64,000 nucleotides of DNA from a phage. Positions 1-11,810 of this stretch are shown piece by piece. A program made the position numbers and the translations under genes. How positions within the stretch are numbered: the first letter of the stretch is position 1; the number at the start of each line of letters is the position of its first letter. Below the pieces are notes generated by a model that ran no database searches, was not told the DNA's origin, and saw only the letters and a program-made list of their open reading frames with translations. The stretch is from sequence record PZ452602.1, one strand, 5' to 3'.

Positions 1-171
1 GCCAAGTTCTTCATCACAATTAAAGAGTTTACCAGGAGAAATAAATTTCTCATCTTGGATCATTTTTAAAATATGTTCTAACGGAAGATTATATTTCTGA
101 GCAAAATAAGGAAGGCCTGATTGCCAGCTTAAACATACTCCATCAATATCAGTTAAAATAGTAGGCTTCAT
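1..171 (-). CDS. HAD-superfamily phosphatase-like protein, N-terminal fragment (gene continues beyond window start)
   Basis: Minus-strand ATG at 171 overlaps stop of the upstream ORF (ATGA); translation MKPTILTDIDGVCLSW carries HAD motif I (DxDGV). Not in ORF track because truncated. Confidence 0.45.
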   Translation of the reverse strand, partial: MKPTILTDIDGVCLSWQSGLPYFAQKYNLPLEHILKMIQDEKFISPGKLFNCDEELG

Positions 172-632
172 AGAGAGTCTCTTAATAGGTTTAACACATC
201 AATAAATTCAGCTTCGGTTAGTATTGTATCATCTTTTGTTAGACCACTAGCCATGCTGTGCTTCAAAACTTTTCCTTTCGAGGCTTGTAATGCATCACGA
301 AAGCCCTTGTTTTGAATCGCTGCTTCAAAATATGCATTTGTGTATAATTCTTTCCACGCCGGGGAGTATCTTGAAAACGGAACTCCAAGCCAGAAGAGGG
401 TCCCACGGTCTTGAGCTCTAGCATAAGACCTTCCAGCTTGTTGAGCGGCAAGCCCGGATAACCCAAATATACGACGTTGTTGTTCAACATTTTTCACCTT
501 GCATCCTTGGAGGAATCCTTCAAGACCTCCAAATTGAATACCATCCATAACGAAAGGCCATTGGGCGAAATTACTTAATGCACATGATGGCCACCTAAAA
601 TTGCTTCTAATCTCTAACTCAGACATTTTCAA
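168..632 (-). CDS. NADAR/YbiA-like protein (154 aa), 30.3-like position
   Basis: Track ORF; segment LSNFAQWPFVMDG...EGFLQGCK resembles the SNF-x-WP...DG...E-x-FQ-x-K core I recall for E. coli YbiA/NADAR; by memory only. Confidence 0.55.
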   Translation of the reverse strand: MKMSELEIRSNFRWPSCALSNFAQWPFVMDGIQFGGLEGFLQGCKVKNVEQQRRIFGLSGLAAQQAGRSYARAQDRGTLFWLGVPFSRYSPAWKELYTNAYFEAAIQNKGFRDALQASKGKVLKHSMASGLTKDDTILTEAEFIDVLNLLRDSL

Positions 633-825
633 TGCTTATAATTTCAACATCAGCCCAATGACCATAGCAAGGAAGACGAAATTCAACTGGCCAGTTAGGG
701 TCCTTTTCTAATATAATAGACTCAACTTGTGATTCTTCATGTTCATCAGTATATGGATTTTTATCTGTTACTTTATATGTGACCTTAATGTACTGAATTC
801 CAAAAATCTTATTAATTATATTCAT
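619..825 (-). CDS. hypothetical protein (68 aa)
   Basis: Track ORF collinear with minus-strand operon; overlapping stop/start with neighbours; no motif recognised. Confidence 0.45.
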   Translation of the reverse strand: MNIINKIFGIQYIKVTYKVTDKNPYTDEHEESQVESIILEKDPNWPVEFRLPCYGHWADVEIISIENV

Positions 826-1019
826 ACTAATTCCTTTAATCCGTAGATAGGAGATAATTCATCACCCATACGAAGGTCTTCATTTCCATCTACCCAGGAA
901 ACAATATAAGCCTCTTTTATTTGAATACTACTCCATTTAAATGGAGGTAGAACCTTAGAAATTAATCCAGGTATACCAACTCCCTTTAATTCAACGGTTT
1001 GACCTAAAAAGAATTTCAT
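822..1019 (-). CDS. hypothetical protein (65 aa)
   Basis: Track ORF, ATGA-type overlap with neighbours. Confidence 0.45.
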   Translation of the reverse strand: MKFFLGQTVELKGVGIPGLISKVLPPFKWSSIQIKEAYIVSWVDGNEDLRMGDELSPIYGLKELV

Positions 1020-1306
1020 TAGAACCTCATCTGAAAACCGTGCGATTTAACATTACCGCCGCCAATATCAGAAATGTTAATTTCACGCGCAATTGAAGGG
1101 TCAATGTCAATTTCGCCATTAAGTTTAATGATAGACAAAGTATCACGCCCATTTACTGTACGGAACTCTAAAGGGCAGACTACATTAACGTAGTTTTTAA
1201 TCGATTCACTGGTAGGTTGCAAATGAGCAGGAAGGTCTTTAGTCGCCTTAGAGAAAACCACTTCACAGAAATTTTTGCGGGTATCAAAATAAGTAGTCAT
1301 AAACAT
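1019..1306 (-). CDS. hypothetical protein (95 aa)
   Basis: Track ORF preceded by RBS GAGGAAAA and an upstream UUCG hairpin. Confidence 0.5.
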   Translation of the reverse strand: MFMTTYFDTRKNFCEVVFSKATKDLPAHLQPTSESIKNYVNVVCPLEFRTVNGRDTLSIIKLNGEIDIDPSIAREINISDIGGGNVKSHGFQMRF

Positions 1307-1346
1307 AGTATTTTCCTCAGTAAGGGGCCGAAGCCCCTGTTTTATT

Positions 1347-1712
1347 TTAAATATTAAATTCGTTAAGAACTACATCAAAGATTGCTTCAAGATGCTCAGG
1401 TTTAGCTCTGTTACTCAGAATATGACGAATCCAAGTTTTAACCAAAAGCTTGCGATTAGCACCATTCCAGCAAGGATGAGTCCCTAAATCACGTTGACGA
1501 AAATCATCATCCAGAGCGATTTTGAAGTTTGAACCTTCCATTGTGATTGAAACCGTGATTCCATTTTCAAATCGCATATAAACGTAATTAGGAGTCATAT
1601 ACTGCTCAATTTCGCATACTGATCCATTTTGATGTTTCCAAAGGCAAATAGTATCAATAGAACCTGCAATACAATTAGAAACATATTTACGTTCAAAATT
1701 GATGTAGTTCAT
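1347..1712 (-). CDS. hypothetical protein (121 aa)
   Basis: Track ORF in collinear minus-strand block. Confidence 0.5.
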   Translation of the reverse strand: MNYINFERKYVSNCIAGSIDTICLWKHQNGSVCEIEQYMTPNYVYMRFENGITVSITMEGSNFKIALDDDFRQRDLGTHPCWNGANRKLLVKTWIRHILSNRAKPEHLEAIFDVVLNEFNI

Positions 1713-1780
1713 TTTTATTCTCCAAGATGTTTAATTGCGGTACAGGTATATAATATCATATCCTGTACCAAAGTAAACAA

Positions 1781-2113
1781 TTATTTTACTACTTTCCAGT
1801 GCTTCATGTCAAGTTTACCGACTTTTTTCATCTTCTCAATTAAGCGTTCGGCACGTTGGCGAGCTGTAACATAATACCATTCGCCTAATTCATTTTGTTC
1901 AATTTTTCCAACGATTACTGTATTCAATTCATAAATCCAACCGGTAAAGAAATTATGAACTTGAATTGTAAAGGTGAAATCTGTTCCCATACCTTCTGTT
2001 GTTTCTACTTCAATAATATCACCTTCAACTGCCATTAAGAACCACATAGTTTCATCATATTTACCATTGAAGCATTTAGTTTTAACTGCAGCGTTCAGAT
2101 TAATCGTTTTCAT
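1781..2113 (-). CDS. hypothetical protein (110 aa)
   Basis: Track ORF; RBS AAGGAG upstream; early promoter at 2140-2170. Confidence 0.55.
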   Translation of the reverse strand: MKTINLNAAVKTKCFNGKYDETMWFLMAVEGDIIEVETTEGMGTDFTFTIQVHNFFTGWIYELNTVIVGKIEQNELGEWYYVTARQRAERLIEKMKKVGKLDMKHWKVVK

Positions 2114-2139
2114 TTTATTCTCCTTTGTTTGTGTAAGAT

Positions 2140-2170
2140 AATACTATCACAAAGGAGCTATACTGTAAAC
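2140..2170 (-). promoter_or_regulatory. T4-type early promoter (-35 GTTTAC, -10 TAGTAT-like)
   Basis: Minus-strand GTTTAC at 2165-2170, 17-nt spacer, A/T-rich -10; same architecture as about 17 other sites in the window. Confidence 0.5.
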
Positions 2171-2187
2171 AACTTTATGCAATCTTT

Positions 2188-2218
2188 GGAAAATAAAAAA
2201 GGACTCCCGAAGGAGTCC
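2188..2218 (-). terminator. Intrinsic terminator (GGACUCC-UUCG-GGAGUCC hairpin plus U-run)
   Basis: Perfect 7-bp stem with UUCG loop followed on the minus strand by UUUUUUAUUUU, just after the stop of the 2224-2400 ORF. Confidence 0.6.
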
Positions 2219-2223
2219 TCAAC

Positions 2224-2400
2224 TTATGCTTTCTGCTTACCAAAACGAGAAGCATCATCTCGAAGAACCGCACGTGCTCGGCGCATGATCTTCTCAACAG
2301 TTTGATTGATACGAGAGTTCGACCCACGCTTGTAGCCAGCGCGTTTAGAATCACCAACTTTCTTTTCAACTGCTTTCTTTGCTTTAGCTTGTTTTGCCAT
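2224..2400 (-). CDS. small basic protein (58 aa; MAKQAKAKKAVEKK...)
   Basis: Track ORF 2224-2442 trimmed to the internal ATG at 2400; lysine/arginine-rich; followed by a terminator. Confidence 0.4.
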   Translation of the reverse strand: MAKQAKAKKAVEKKVGDSKRAGYKRGSNSRINQTVEKIMRRARAVLRDDASRFGKQKA

Positions 2401-2644
2401 TATAAATTCTCTTTTAAATGAAAATGCAGGACTTATTGGCATTGCCTGCGAAAGCCCTCAAAGGGGTACTTAGGTTTTGAATATTTACCGACAGGATAAC
2501 CATAAACCCGTCATCATTCACATTCAAGAGGTACACCATAAAACTGCCGGGGTCTTAAAACTATAATGATTCGCAAATCATTAATCAGACAGTTCGATGG
2601 CTCCTCGATTTTAGCTCACACTAAGGCAGTGAATCTCCAATAAA

Positions 2645-2893
2645 TTACTTCAGTGTTACCACAAAGTGACGAACTGCTTTTCGTGCAGCAGAAGCCAGAG
2701 GCTTAGCATACTTAAGTTCATCTTTTTCCTGAAGCTCAGCGGCTAATGCAGTTTGAGCAGGATTCAGATGTTTGAAATAACGCAGGATTTCAAGAGCTTC
2801 GGCTTCAACATCAATAGAAGCGCCATAGTTTTCGTGACCATTATTCCATGCGTTTCGTTGCAGTTCAAGAGCGTGTTGTAATTGTTTAATCAT
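2645..2893 (-). CDS. rIII: rIII lysis-inhibition accessory protein (82 aa)
   Basis: Length and sequence (MIKQLQHALELQRNAWNNGHENYG...) match recalled T4 rIII; lies between 30.x block and gene 31 as in T4. Confidence 0.8.
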   Translation of the reverse strand: MIKQLQHALELQRNAWNNGHENYGASIDVEAEALEILRYFKHLNPAQTALAAELQEKDELKYAKPLASAARKAVRHFVVTLK

Positions 2894-3032
2894 TTAAAAA
2901 TTCTCGTTAGAGATTAAAACTCGGTAGTCACGTTCTTCTGAATTTCATCTTCTTTCGACAGATCTCTCAGTTGTAGACTACCACATAGAATTGTTCGGTT
3001 AACTTATTATTCCGACACCCAATTCATATTAT

Positions 3033-3040
3033 TATTTATA
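3033..3040 (-). promoter_or_regulatory. Candidate late promoter TATAAATA
   Basis: Exact TATAAATA on minus strand about 140 nt upstream of rIII start; long leader makes assignment uncertain. Confidence 0.3.
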
Positions 3041-3376
3041 TCACTTATAAAGACACGGAATAGCTTTATAGTGACAGGTAACGAATTTTTGTTTAATTTC
3101 TTTTGGCTGCTTAAGACCCAGAGCTACAAAAGGATGCGGAACATTTCGAATTTGACCAACTGGAAGAGAAGTCAAATCACCAACTTCGCAGAAACCTTCA
3201 GGAACATCAGGACCGACAGAGTGAACTACACACAGTTCAGGAACTTCACCTTGAACACGTTTACCGATAATAAGTCCTGATTCTGTAACTTCTTCATCAC
3301 CGGCTTGTGCAGGTTCAGAAACTAAAATAACATATTCACCGACAGCACGAATTGGTAGCTGTTGTACTTCAGACAT
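3041..3376 (-). CDS. 31: gp31 co-chaperonin (GroES-like, 111 aa)
   Basis: 111 aa, sequence and position between rIII and cd match recalled T4 gp31. Confidence 0.85.
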
Positions 3377-3432
3377 CGTTTTTCCTTTTTGTTAACAGAT
3401 GAATTAATAATAACAAATAATTCTTAAAGCAT

Positions 3433-3741
3433 TTATTTACCAATAAATTGGAGTAAATGCTCAACTTTCATACCATTAACGGAAATCAATTTGTCAATAG
3501 AAAAACCTCGCCATGCACCAAGCTCAACATCAAATACTGGAATCATGTCAGTAGATTCTTTCCGAGTAGATTCAGTCAATTTGCCAGTTTGCATGGTTGG
3601 CATAAAGTCCGCGTCGCGAGTACCTTTCATAACACGAATAGTACCATCAGACTTTTCAAAAACTACGTTTGAAACACCCATGGACAATTTAGTTTTCAAA
3701 ATTTCACGAATTGCTACTTTTTGTTCAGTCGTCAGTTTCAT
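3433..3741 (-). CDS. hypothetical protein (102 aa), 31.1-like position
   Basis: Track ORF. Confidence 0.55.
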   Translation of the reverse strand: MKLTTEQKVAIREILKTKLSMGVSNVVFEKSDGTIRVMKGTRDADFMPTMQTGKLTESTRKESTDMIPVFDVELGAWRGFSIDKLISVNGMKVEHLLQFIGK

Positions 3742-3978
3742 TTATTTACCTATCACAGTTTTAATATGAGTTGTTCCACGTTCTTTAAGAGTGGAAAGCA
3801 ATTTTTGGCATTTTTCTAAATCAGATTTCCAACTATACGGTCTATCAATACAAACCCAGTTTGACTTATAATACTGCTTCCATTTAGAGAAAAAATACTT
3901 CTTATACTCTACAGCAAATGAAATGTTCTCGTTGGAATAAGAACTAATTGCAGTGAGTTGTACCAAACGAAATTTCAT
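3742..3978 (-). CDS. hypothetical protein (78 aa), 31.2-like position
   Basis: Track ORF, start overlaps cd stop. Confidence 0.5.
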   Translation of the reverse strand: MKFRLVQLTAISSYSNENISFAVEYKKYFFSKWKQYYKSNWVCIDRPYSWKSDLEKCQKLLSTLKERGTTHIKTVIGK

Positions 3979-4559
3979 TATTCACCACAGAATTCGTTGA
4001 TATTTTCCCAGTTTAACTTATTCAAGTTTTTCTTAGGAACATTAAACACTTCAATACCTGCATTTCGCAGAATATCATCCCAGCCAGGTTTATTTTTATC
4101 GTATGTTTCACAATAAACCAGCTTTTTAATACCAGATTGAGCTATCGCTTTTGCACAATCTGGACAAGGAGAAAGTGTTACATACATAGTAGCACCTTCA
4201 ATTGAAGAACCATTTCGTGCAGCAAACAAAATTGCATTTAGCTCAGCATGAATTTCATTTTTAGACGACCATTCAGAGTGAGCGCCGCGATGTTCTTTCG
4301 CCAAGACAAAACGATCAGTTGAACCAAATGATACACATTCAGGCTTATGACCTTGAATGATAGTATGTTTAGGTTTATTTAGCAACCAACCTTGCTCAGC
4401 AGCATAATCACAACAGTTCACACCCCCTGCGGGGGAACCATTATACCCAGTAGAAATAATACGTCCATTCTTTTCAATTACTGCTCCTACCTTCCAGGAG
4501 CAACATTTGGATTCTTGTGATACTAAATATGCAATTTGAAGTACTGTACTCGCTTTCAT
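3978..4559 (-). CDS. cd: dCMP deaminase
   Basis: Zinc-binding deaminase signatures HAELNAI and PCPDCAKAI; 193 aa as in T4 Cd. Confidence 0.9.
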   Translation of the reverse strand: MKASTVLQIAYLVSQESKCCSWKVGAVIEKNGRIISTGYNGSPAGGVNCCDYAAEQGWLLNKPKHTIIQGHKPECVSFGSTDRFVLAKEHRGAHSEWSSKNEIHAELNAILFAARNGSSIEGATMYVTLSPCPDCAKAIAQSGIKKLVYCETYDKNKPGWDDILRNAGIEVFNVPKKNLNKLNWENINEFCGE

Positions 4560-4894
4560 TTCATAATCACCAGATAAGCAGATTTAGCAGTTTCAACACG
4601 ATAAATTTCGTGACGAAGTTTAGTTATACTTTTAATAACAGAACTAATTATATTCTGCCCATCTTTAAAGCGGTTTTTCTTATCAATAAAAACTGCGCCA
4701 ACCATCTTTTTGTGAAGCTCAACTGGATACTTCGTCACAATAATAGCATCATACACAGAAGGATGAATACTATTCACCAGAGTATCATTCATTAAAGTTA
4801 TTCTAATGAACTGTGCTGTTTCAGAATCAAGCGCTCTATGATCGCCAGTATCATTTTCAAGACAATTATCAATTATATCAGTTAAATTCATCAT
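4556..4894 (-). CDS. hypothetical protein (112 aa)
   Basis: Track ORF; ATGA overlap with cd. Confidence 0.5.
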   Translation of the reverse strand: MMNLTDIIDNCLENDTGDHRALDSETAQFIRITLMNDTLVNSIHPSVYDAIIVTKYPVELHKKMVGAVFIDKKNRFKDGQNIISSVIKSITKLRHEIYRVETAKSAYLVIMK

Positions 4895-5130
4895 AGTACG
4901 CCATACACCCTTTGTGCTTCAACTAATCCATCAAAATCCAGTTTAAGATGCGATATTTGATCGCCATCACCTGGATTCACAATTACTAATACCGAACGAG
5001 GAGTTTCAGTAATAACACGAACCGATGTTTCAGGAAATCGTTCAGAAACCTTATTTACTAATTCCTGTGCAAATAGTTTAACTTTTTCTTGGAATTCTTT
5101 AACAGTAATTGGTTTTTCACTTAGTAGCAT
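4891..5130 (-). CDS. hypothetical protein (79 aa)
   Basis: Track ORF. Confidence 0.5.
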   Translation of the reverse strand: MLLSEKPITVKEFQEKVKLFAQELVNKVSERFPETSVRVITETPRSVLVIVNPGDGDQISHLKLDFDGLVEAQRVYGVL

Positions 5131-5651
5131 GTTGATCCAAGCTCCTTACTTTCAACGTTTTTAACTAATTTGACAGAAACTAATTCAGCATCTTGAGTAA
5201 TCATTACCGGGCCTTCTTCATATTCTTCAAGATATTCTAGAGCTTTCTTTTTAGCTTCTTCCTTCGTATCAGTTTGAGCATAGATATAGAACATACAACC
5301 AGTAATACCTACTACTTTCCACTTAATTTCTTTATCAGTTTTAATTTCAAATTTACTTACAGAATCATCTTTTTGAACTTCTTCGAAAAAAGAATATTCT
5401 AACATATAAGCAATTGAAAATAGCGGGCTAACTTTATAGGATTCACCCATTACATCAACAGCTTTATACCAACAATCATCAATTTCGCGTTTAATGCTAA
5501 TAACATTTTTCGCAGGATCTATTTTTACTTTAAATGAATTTTCCCCAATAAACTGGGCAATTCGTTTATTAGCCCCGCAAGTTTCATTAAAAATATCTTT
5601 ATATCCAGCTTTAAAGCGATAAACCTTATCTTCTTCAAACCATTCGCTCAT
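5121..5651 (-). CDS. hypothetical protein (176 aa)
   Basis: Track ORF; early promoter at 5679-5711 upstream. Confidence 0.55.
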   Translation of the reverse strand: MSEWFEEDKVYRFKAGYKDIFNETCGANKRIAQFIGENSFKVKIDPAKNVISIKREIDDCWYKAVDVMGESYKVSPLFSIAYMLEYSFFEEVQKDDSVSKFEIKTDKEIKWKVVGITGCMFYIYAQTDTKEEAKKKALEYLEEYEEGPVMITQDAELVSVKLVKNVESKELGSTCY

Positions 5652-5678
5652 TTCAATTTCCTCATTTGTTTTGGTAGA

Positions 5679-5711
5679 GCTATAATATCACAACTCTACC
5701 GTAAAGTAAAC
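5679..5711 (-). promoter_or_regulatory. T4-type early promoter
   Basis: Minus-strand GTTTAC (5706-5711), 17 nt, TATTAT; -10 flanked by inverted repeat GGTAGAG/CTCTACC. Confidence 0.5.
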
Positions 5712-5713
5712 TA

Positions 5714-5989
5714 TTAAATTGCTTTGAATTCTGATGTCTGTGATTCAAAGCGAATATCGCCTTTGATGACTAGCTCAGCATCAAGACCGAATACGACAAT
5801 GATATGCGCGGAACCTGGATACAGCGTAATTGCAATAGAATCCACTTGGTCTGGAAGCAAAGCGTTCAATACATGAGTCACTTGAGCATGGATTCGAAGT
5901 TCAGCTGCATTATCAAGCTTTTCAAACATGTTATTAGCGATAATTTGGCTAAACACTACTTCTACGATTTTAGAGTAAGTCGGAAACAT
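5714..5989 (-). CDS. hypothetical protein (91 aa)
   Basis: Track ORF. Confidence 0.5.
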   Translation of the reverse strand: MFPTYSKIVEVVFSQIIANNMFEKLDNAAELRIHAQVTHVLNALLPDQVDSIAITLYPGSAHIIVVFGLDAELVIKGDIRFESQTSEFKAI

Positions 5990-5991
5990 AT

Positions 5992-6192
5992 TTACCTCAC
6001 ATAATTTTCTTCAAGCCAATCAATAACATCCAAAGCGTTATCAAAAGTTGAACCATCTACTCTGTCTTCTGTTTCATAATCAAGAACATCTAAGCCTACT
6101 CTTCCATCAACAATAGGCCATAAACAAAATAGATATTTCTTTTCTTTTTCAATTTTATCACAAAGATGATAAATCTTTTCTAGGTTATTCAT
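5992..6192 (-). CDS. hypothetical protein (66 aa)
   Basis: Track ORF. Confidence 0.45.
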   Translation of the reverse strand: MNNLEKIYHLCDKIEKEKKYLFCLWPIVDGRVGLDVLDYETEDRVDGSTFDNALDVIDWLEENYVR

Positions 6193-6231
6193 AAGTTTTC
6201 CATGGTAAAGGCAGTTTAGTTTTCTTTACTA

Positions 6232-6380
6232 CTAGTTCAACATCAGATTCTTTTCTCTTAATTTAAGACATTCCTCCCATGCTCTATTTTCACTAGTAAA
6301 TACACAAAATTGCCCATTACTAGTACCAACTAAACCGCTATTTACAATAACAATAGCCCAAGTTTCATGGTGCAAAGCCA

Positions 6381-6381
<1 letters not shown>
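6232..6381 (-). CDS. small ORF (49 aa) between pseT and downstream genes
   Basis: Hand-translated: ATG at 6381 overlaps pseT stop (TAATG); MALHHETWAIVIVNSGLVGTSNGQFCVFTSENRAWEECLKLREKNLMLN; below the 60-aa track cutoff. Confidence 0.3.
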
Positions 6382-7581
<1,200 letters not shown>

Positions 7582-7585
<4 letters not shown>

Positions 7586-7812
7586 TTATTTTTCTCAACC
7601 AATGATTGAATATAATCATGCAGGTCTTTAGATGCTTTACCCCACTTATTTTGATATTCATTTTTGAGATTAGCACGTGATTGAGCTAATAAAACATCAT
7701 TAGTTGGAGGTAAAGATTCTAATCGTTGAATCTGGCGACCATAAATCATCGCTGCCATCTCGGATTCATAAATCAATCCTTTGAGATGTTCAAATTGATG
7801 CCATGAAATCAT
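7582..7812 (-). CDS. hypothetical protein (76 aa)
   Basis: Track ORF. Confidence 0.5.
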
Positions 7813-8108
7813 TTACATTTATCCTCTTTTAGCTCTTGACGATAATAACATATCATAGTTTTTTGGTCATGTACATATCGTTTTACATCATTAAGCCAAA
7901 TACGAAATTCCTGAGAATCTTCAAATGGCATACCAACCCAAGCTTTACCATCAATAACTTTAACTTGCCAAGATAATTTAGCTTCGTCATATGACTTTAT
8001 TTGTACAGGCCAATTAGGATGAACTGTTTCTTTCTTTACTTCTAGAGGCTTTGTAGAACAACCAACTAGAAGACCAATAGATAATATTACTGCTGATAGT
8101 TTAATCAT
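7809..8108 (-). CDS. putative lipoprotein (99 aa)
   Basis: N-terminal signal peptide with lipobox LVGC (MIKLSAVILSIGLLVGCS). Confidence 0.55.
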   Translation of the reverse strand: MIKLSAVILSIGLLVGCSTKPLEVKKETVHPNWPVQIKSYDEAKLSWQVKVIDGKAWVGMPFEDSQEFRIWLNDVKRYVHDQKTMICYYRQELKEDKCK

Positions 8109-8458
8109 TTAGAAAGGTCCTGGATGTCTTCTGCGAACTTGTTGAAGGAGTTGTTGATTTGTTTTTCAACCAATCCTGGCTTATGAGCCACCACATCCGC
8201 CTTCTTTGCGTCTTTGCGCAGTTTTTCATTTTCACGCTCAATAGCAGCAATTGCCTCACGATTTTTATTATTCATCGCATCAATATAATTATACTGAATT
8301 CGCAAATTATCTAATGCTAAAGCGTTTTCATTGGCCGTTTTTGTAATTTCAGTAACCGATGTTTCTAATCTTTCTACCTTATTTTTTAAAATAATAGATG
8401 TTCCGCCAAATGCTATTACAAGTAATAGCAATCCAACTGTAAAATTACTTACATGCAT
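8105..8458 (-). CDS. membrane-anchored protein (117 aa)
   Basis: N-terminal hydrophobic helix (VGLLLLVIAFGGTSIIL) followed by helical, charged region. Confidence 0.5.
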   Translation of the reverse strand: MHVSNFTVGLLLLVIAFGGTSIILKNKVERLETSVTEITKTANENALALDNLRIQYNYIDAMNNKNREAIAAIERENEKLRKDAKKADVVAHKPGLVEKQINNSFNKFAEDIQDLSK

Positions 8459-8955
8459 AAAGTTTTAATAACCTCTATAATATCGTCTTGAGAAAGACCG
8501 TTAATTAAAATATGATGTTCAGCTGGAGATTTAGAAATTTTAAAGCATGCCTCAACATCTTCTGCCATATCCGATGCACTACGATTTGGATTACTAATAC
8601 CAAGGCGGTGTTTTCCCGTCAAAGGATTAACGATGATATAGCATTTGCAGCTATTGATATGAACATTGGGTTGAGTCTGATTAATGAACACTTCACAATC
8701 ATACTTAGCGAGTTGATTTTCTAAAAAGACTTTCATCTCTTCAACCGCATCAGGAAGCATATCACGGGCTTGCTCAAGACGACGATTTCGATATTCTTTA
8801 ATGGTCGTTTTCCGCTTGACTTGCTTAGCTAAATCTTTCTTAAGATCGGTGATATATCCAACTCGACGATTTCCTTTGAATACAGAAATCCCATCTGTAG
8901 TATCACCGTATGCTTCAACGACCATTTCAGTAGTAATAAGTTGTAAATCCATCAT
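8449..8955 (-). CDS. alc: Alc, inhibitor of host transcription elongation
   Basis: About 167 aa, position between pseT block and rnlA and sequence MDLQLITTEMVVEAYGD match recalled T4 Alc; two adjacent ATGs, true start may be 8952. Confidence 0.75.
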   Translation of the reverse strand: MMDLQLITTEMVVEAYGDTTDGISVFKGNRRVGYITDLKKDLAKQVKRKTTIKEYRNRRLEQARDMLPDAVEEMKVFLENQLAKYDCEVFINQTQPNVHINSCKCYIIVNPLTGKHRLGISNPNRSASDMAEDVEACFKISKSPAEHHILINGLSQDDIIEVIKTLCM

Positions 8956-8982
8956 AAAGTCCTCATGTTATGTCAGTAAGAC

Positions 8983-9013
8983 TACTGTAACACAACACGA
9001 GGGACTTGTAAAC
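8983..9013 (-). promoter_or_regulatory. T4-type early promoter upstream of alc
   Basis: Minus-strand GTTTAC at 9008-9013, 17-18 nt spacer, TACAGT -10. Confidence 0.4.
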
Positions 9014-9016
9014 AGC

Positions 9017-10604
<1,588 letters not shown>

Positions 10605-10631
10605 AATAAAATGGGCCTTGCGGCCCACTCC

Positions 10632-11810
10632 TTAAAAATATTTTTTAAAACTCATCATAACTTTATCATCAACATCATTATCAATCTGTGCAACAAGGTA
10701 AGATGACAGTTCTACTTCTTGCGGTGCAGATTGAACATTATCAGAATTAAGATATTCACGAATCCAAGGATATGGATGTTTAACCGGAGCATCGGTAATT
10801 GGGCATGGAAGACCGCACTGTTTCATACGAGATACAGTTAAGTAATCAATAAAGCTCCACATGCTATTTGTATTTAATCCAGGAACATCGCCATCTTTAA
10901 ATAAATGAACTGCCCAATCTTTTTCTTGGCGGTTAACTTCCATGAAAATATCAACTGCTTCTTGTTCACACTCTTGAGCAATTTTAACCCATTCATTGCC
11001 ATCAATGCCAAGCTGAAGTTGACGAATAATATATTGGGTGCCCTTGAGGTGGAGCTGTTCATCGCGTGCAATGAACTTCATAATCTTGGCATTACCTTCC
11101 ATGATTTCCATGTTCTTATGGAAGTTAAAGGTACATGCGAAAGATACATAAAAACGAATAGCTTCCAATGCGTTGATTACATGCAAACAGAGGTAAAGAG
11201 ATTTCATTAGCTCACGCTTCCAATATGTCTCATGCTCAATAGCATCTTCAATAACGTCTTCGTCTGCATTAATTTCTTTTTGGTATTCGATATCAGCTTT
11301 AGCGTTTTCCCAATAACGAGTTTTAATCAGAACATCATCATAATAACGTCCAATGGATTCAGCACGTTTCATAATAGCTTCATCTAATACAATTTCATCA
11401 AATACCTTCGATGGATCAGTATAAAGATTTCGCATGATATGAGTATATGAACGACTGTGAATAGTTTCACTAAAAGTCCATGTAGCAACCCATGTATCAA
11501 GGCTTGGGTCTGAAATTAATGACATAAGTACAGCAGATGGCGCGCGACCCTGAATGCTATCTAAAAGTGATTGATACTTCAAGTTGTTAGTAAAAATATT
11601 TTGCTGATACTGAGGAAGCTTATTAAACTGTGCAGCATCCATCATCAAGTTTACTTCTTCAGGACGCCAGAAAAATGATAATTGCTTTTCGGTTAAATCT
11701 TCAAAAACTTTATGACGTTGAATATCATAACGCGCAATACCAAGACCTGAACCAAAAAACATAGGTTCTTTTAAAACATCAACTGGATTTGTATTAAAAA
11801 CTGTAGACAT
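10632..11810 (-). CDS. nrdB: ribonucleotide reductase small subunit
   Basis: Di-iron ExxH motifs (SETIHSRSY, ARDEQLHL); continuous ORF of about 392 aa from MSTVFNT, i.e. no intron. Confidence 0.9.
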   Translation of the reverse strand: MSTVFNTNPVDVLKEPMFFGSGLGIARYDIQRHKVFEDLTEKQLSFFWRPEEVNLMMDAAQFNKLPQYQQNIFTNNLKYQSLLDSIQGRAPSAVLMSLISDPSLDTWVATWTFSETIHSRSYTHIMRNLYTDPSKVFDEIVLDEAIMKRAESIGRYYDDVLIKTRYWENAKADIEYQKEINADEDVIEDAIEHETYWKRELMKSLYLCLHVINALEAIRFYVSFACTFNFHKNMEIMEGNAKIMKFIARDEQLHLKGTQYIIRQLQLGIDGNEWVKIAQECEQEAVDIFMEVNRQEKDWAVHLFKDGDVPGLNTNSMWSFIDYLTVSRMKQCGLPCPITDAPVKHPYPWIREYLNSDNVQSAPQEVELSSYLVAQIDNDVDDKVMMSFKKYF

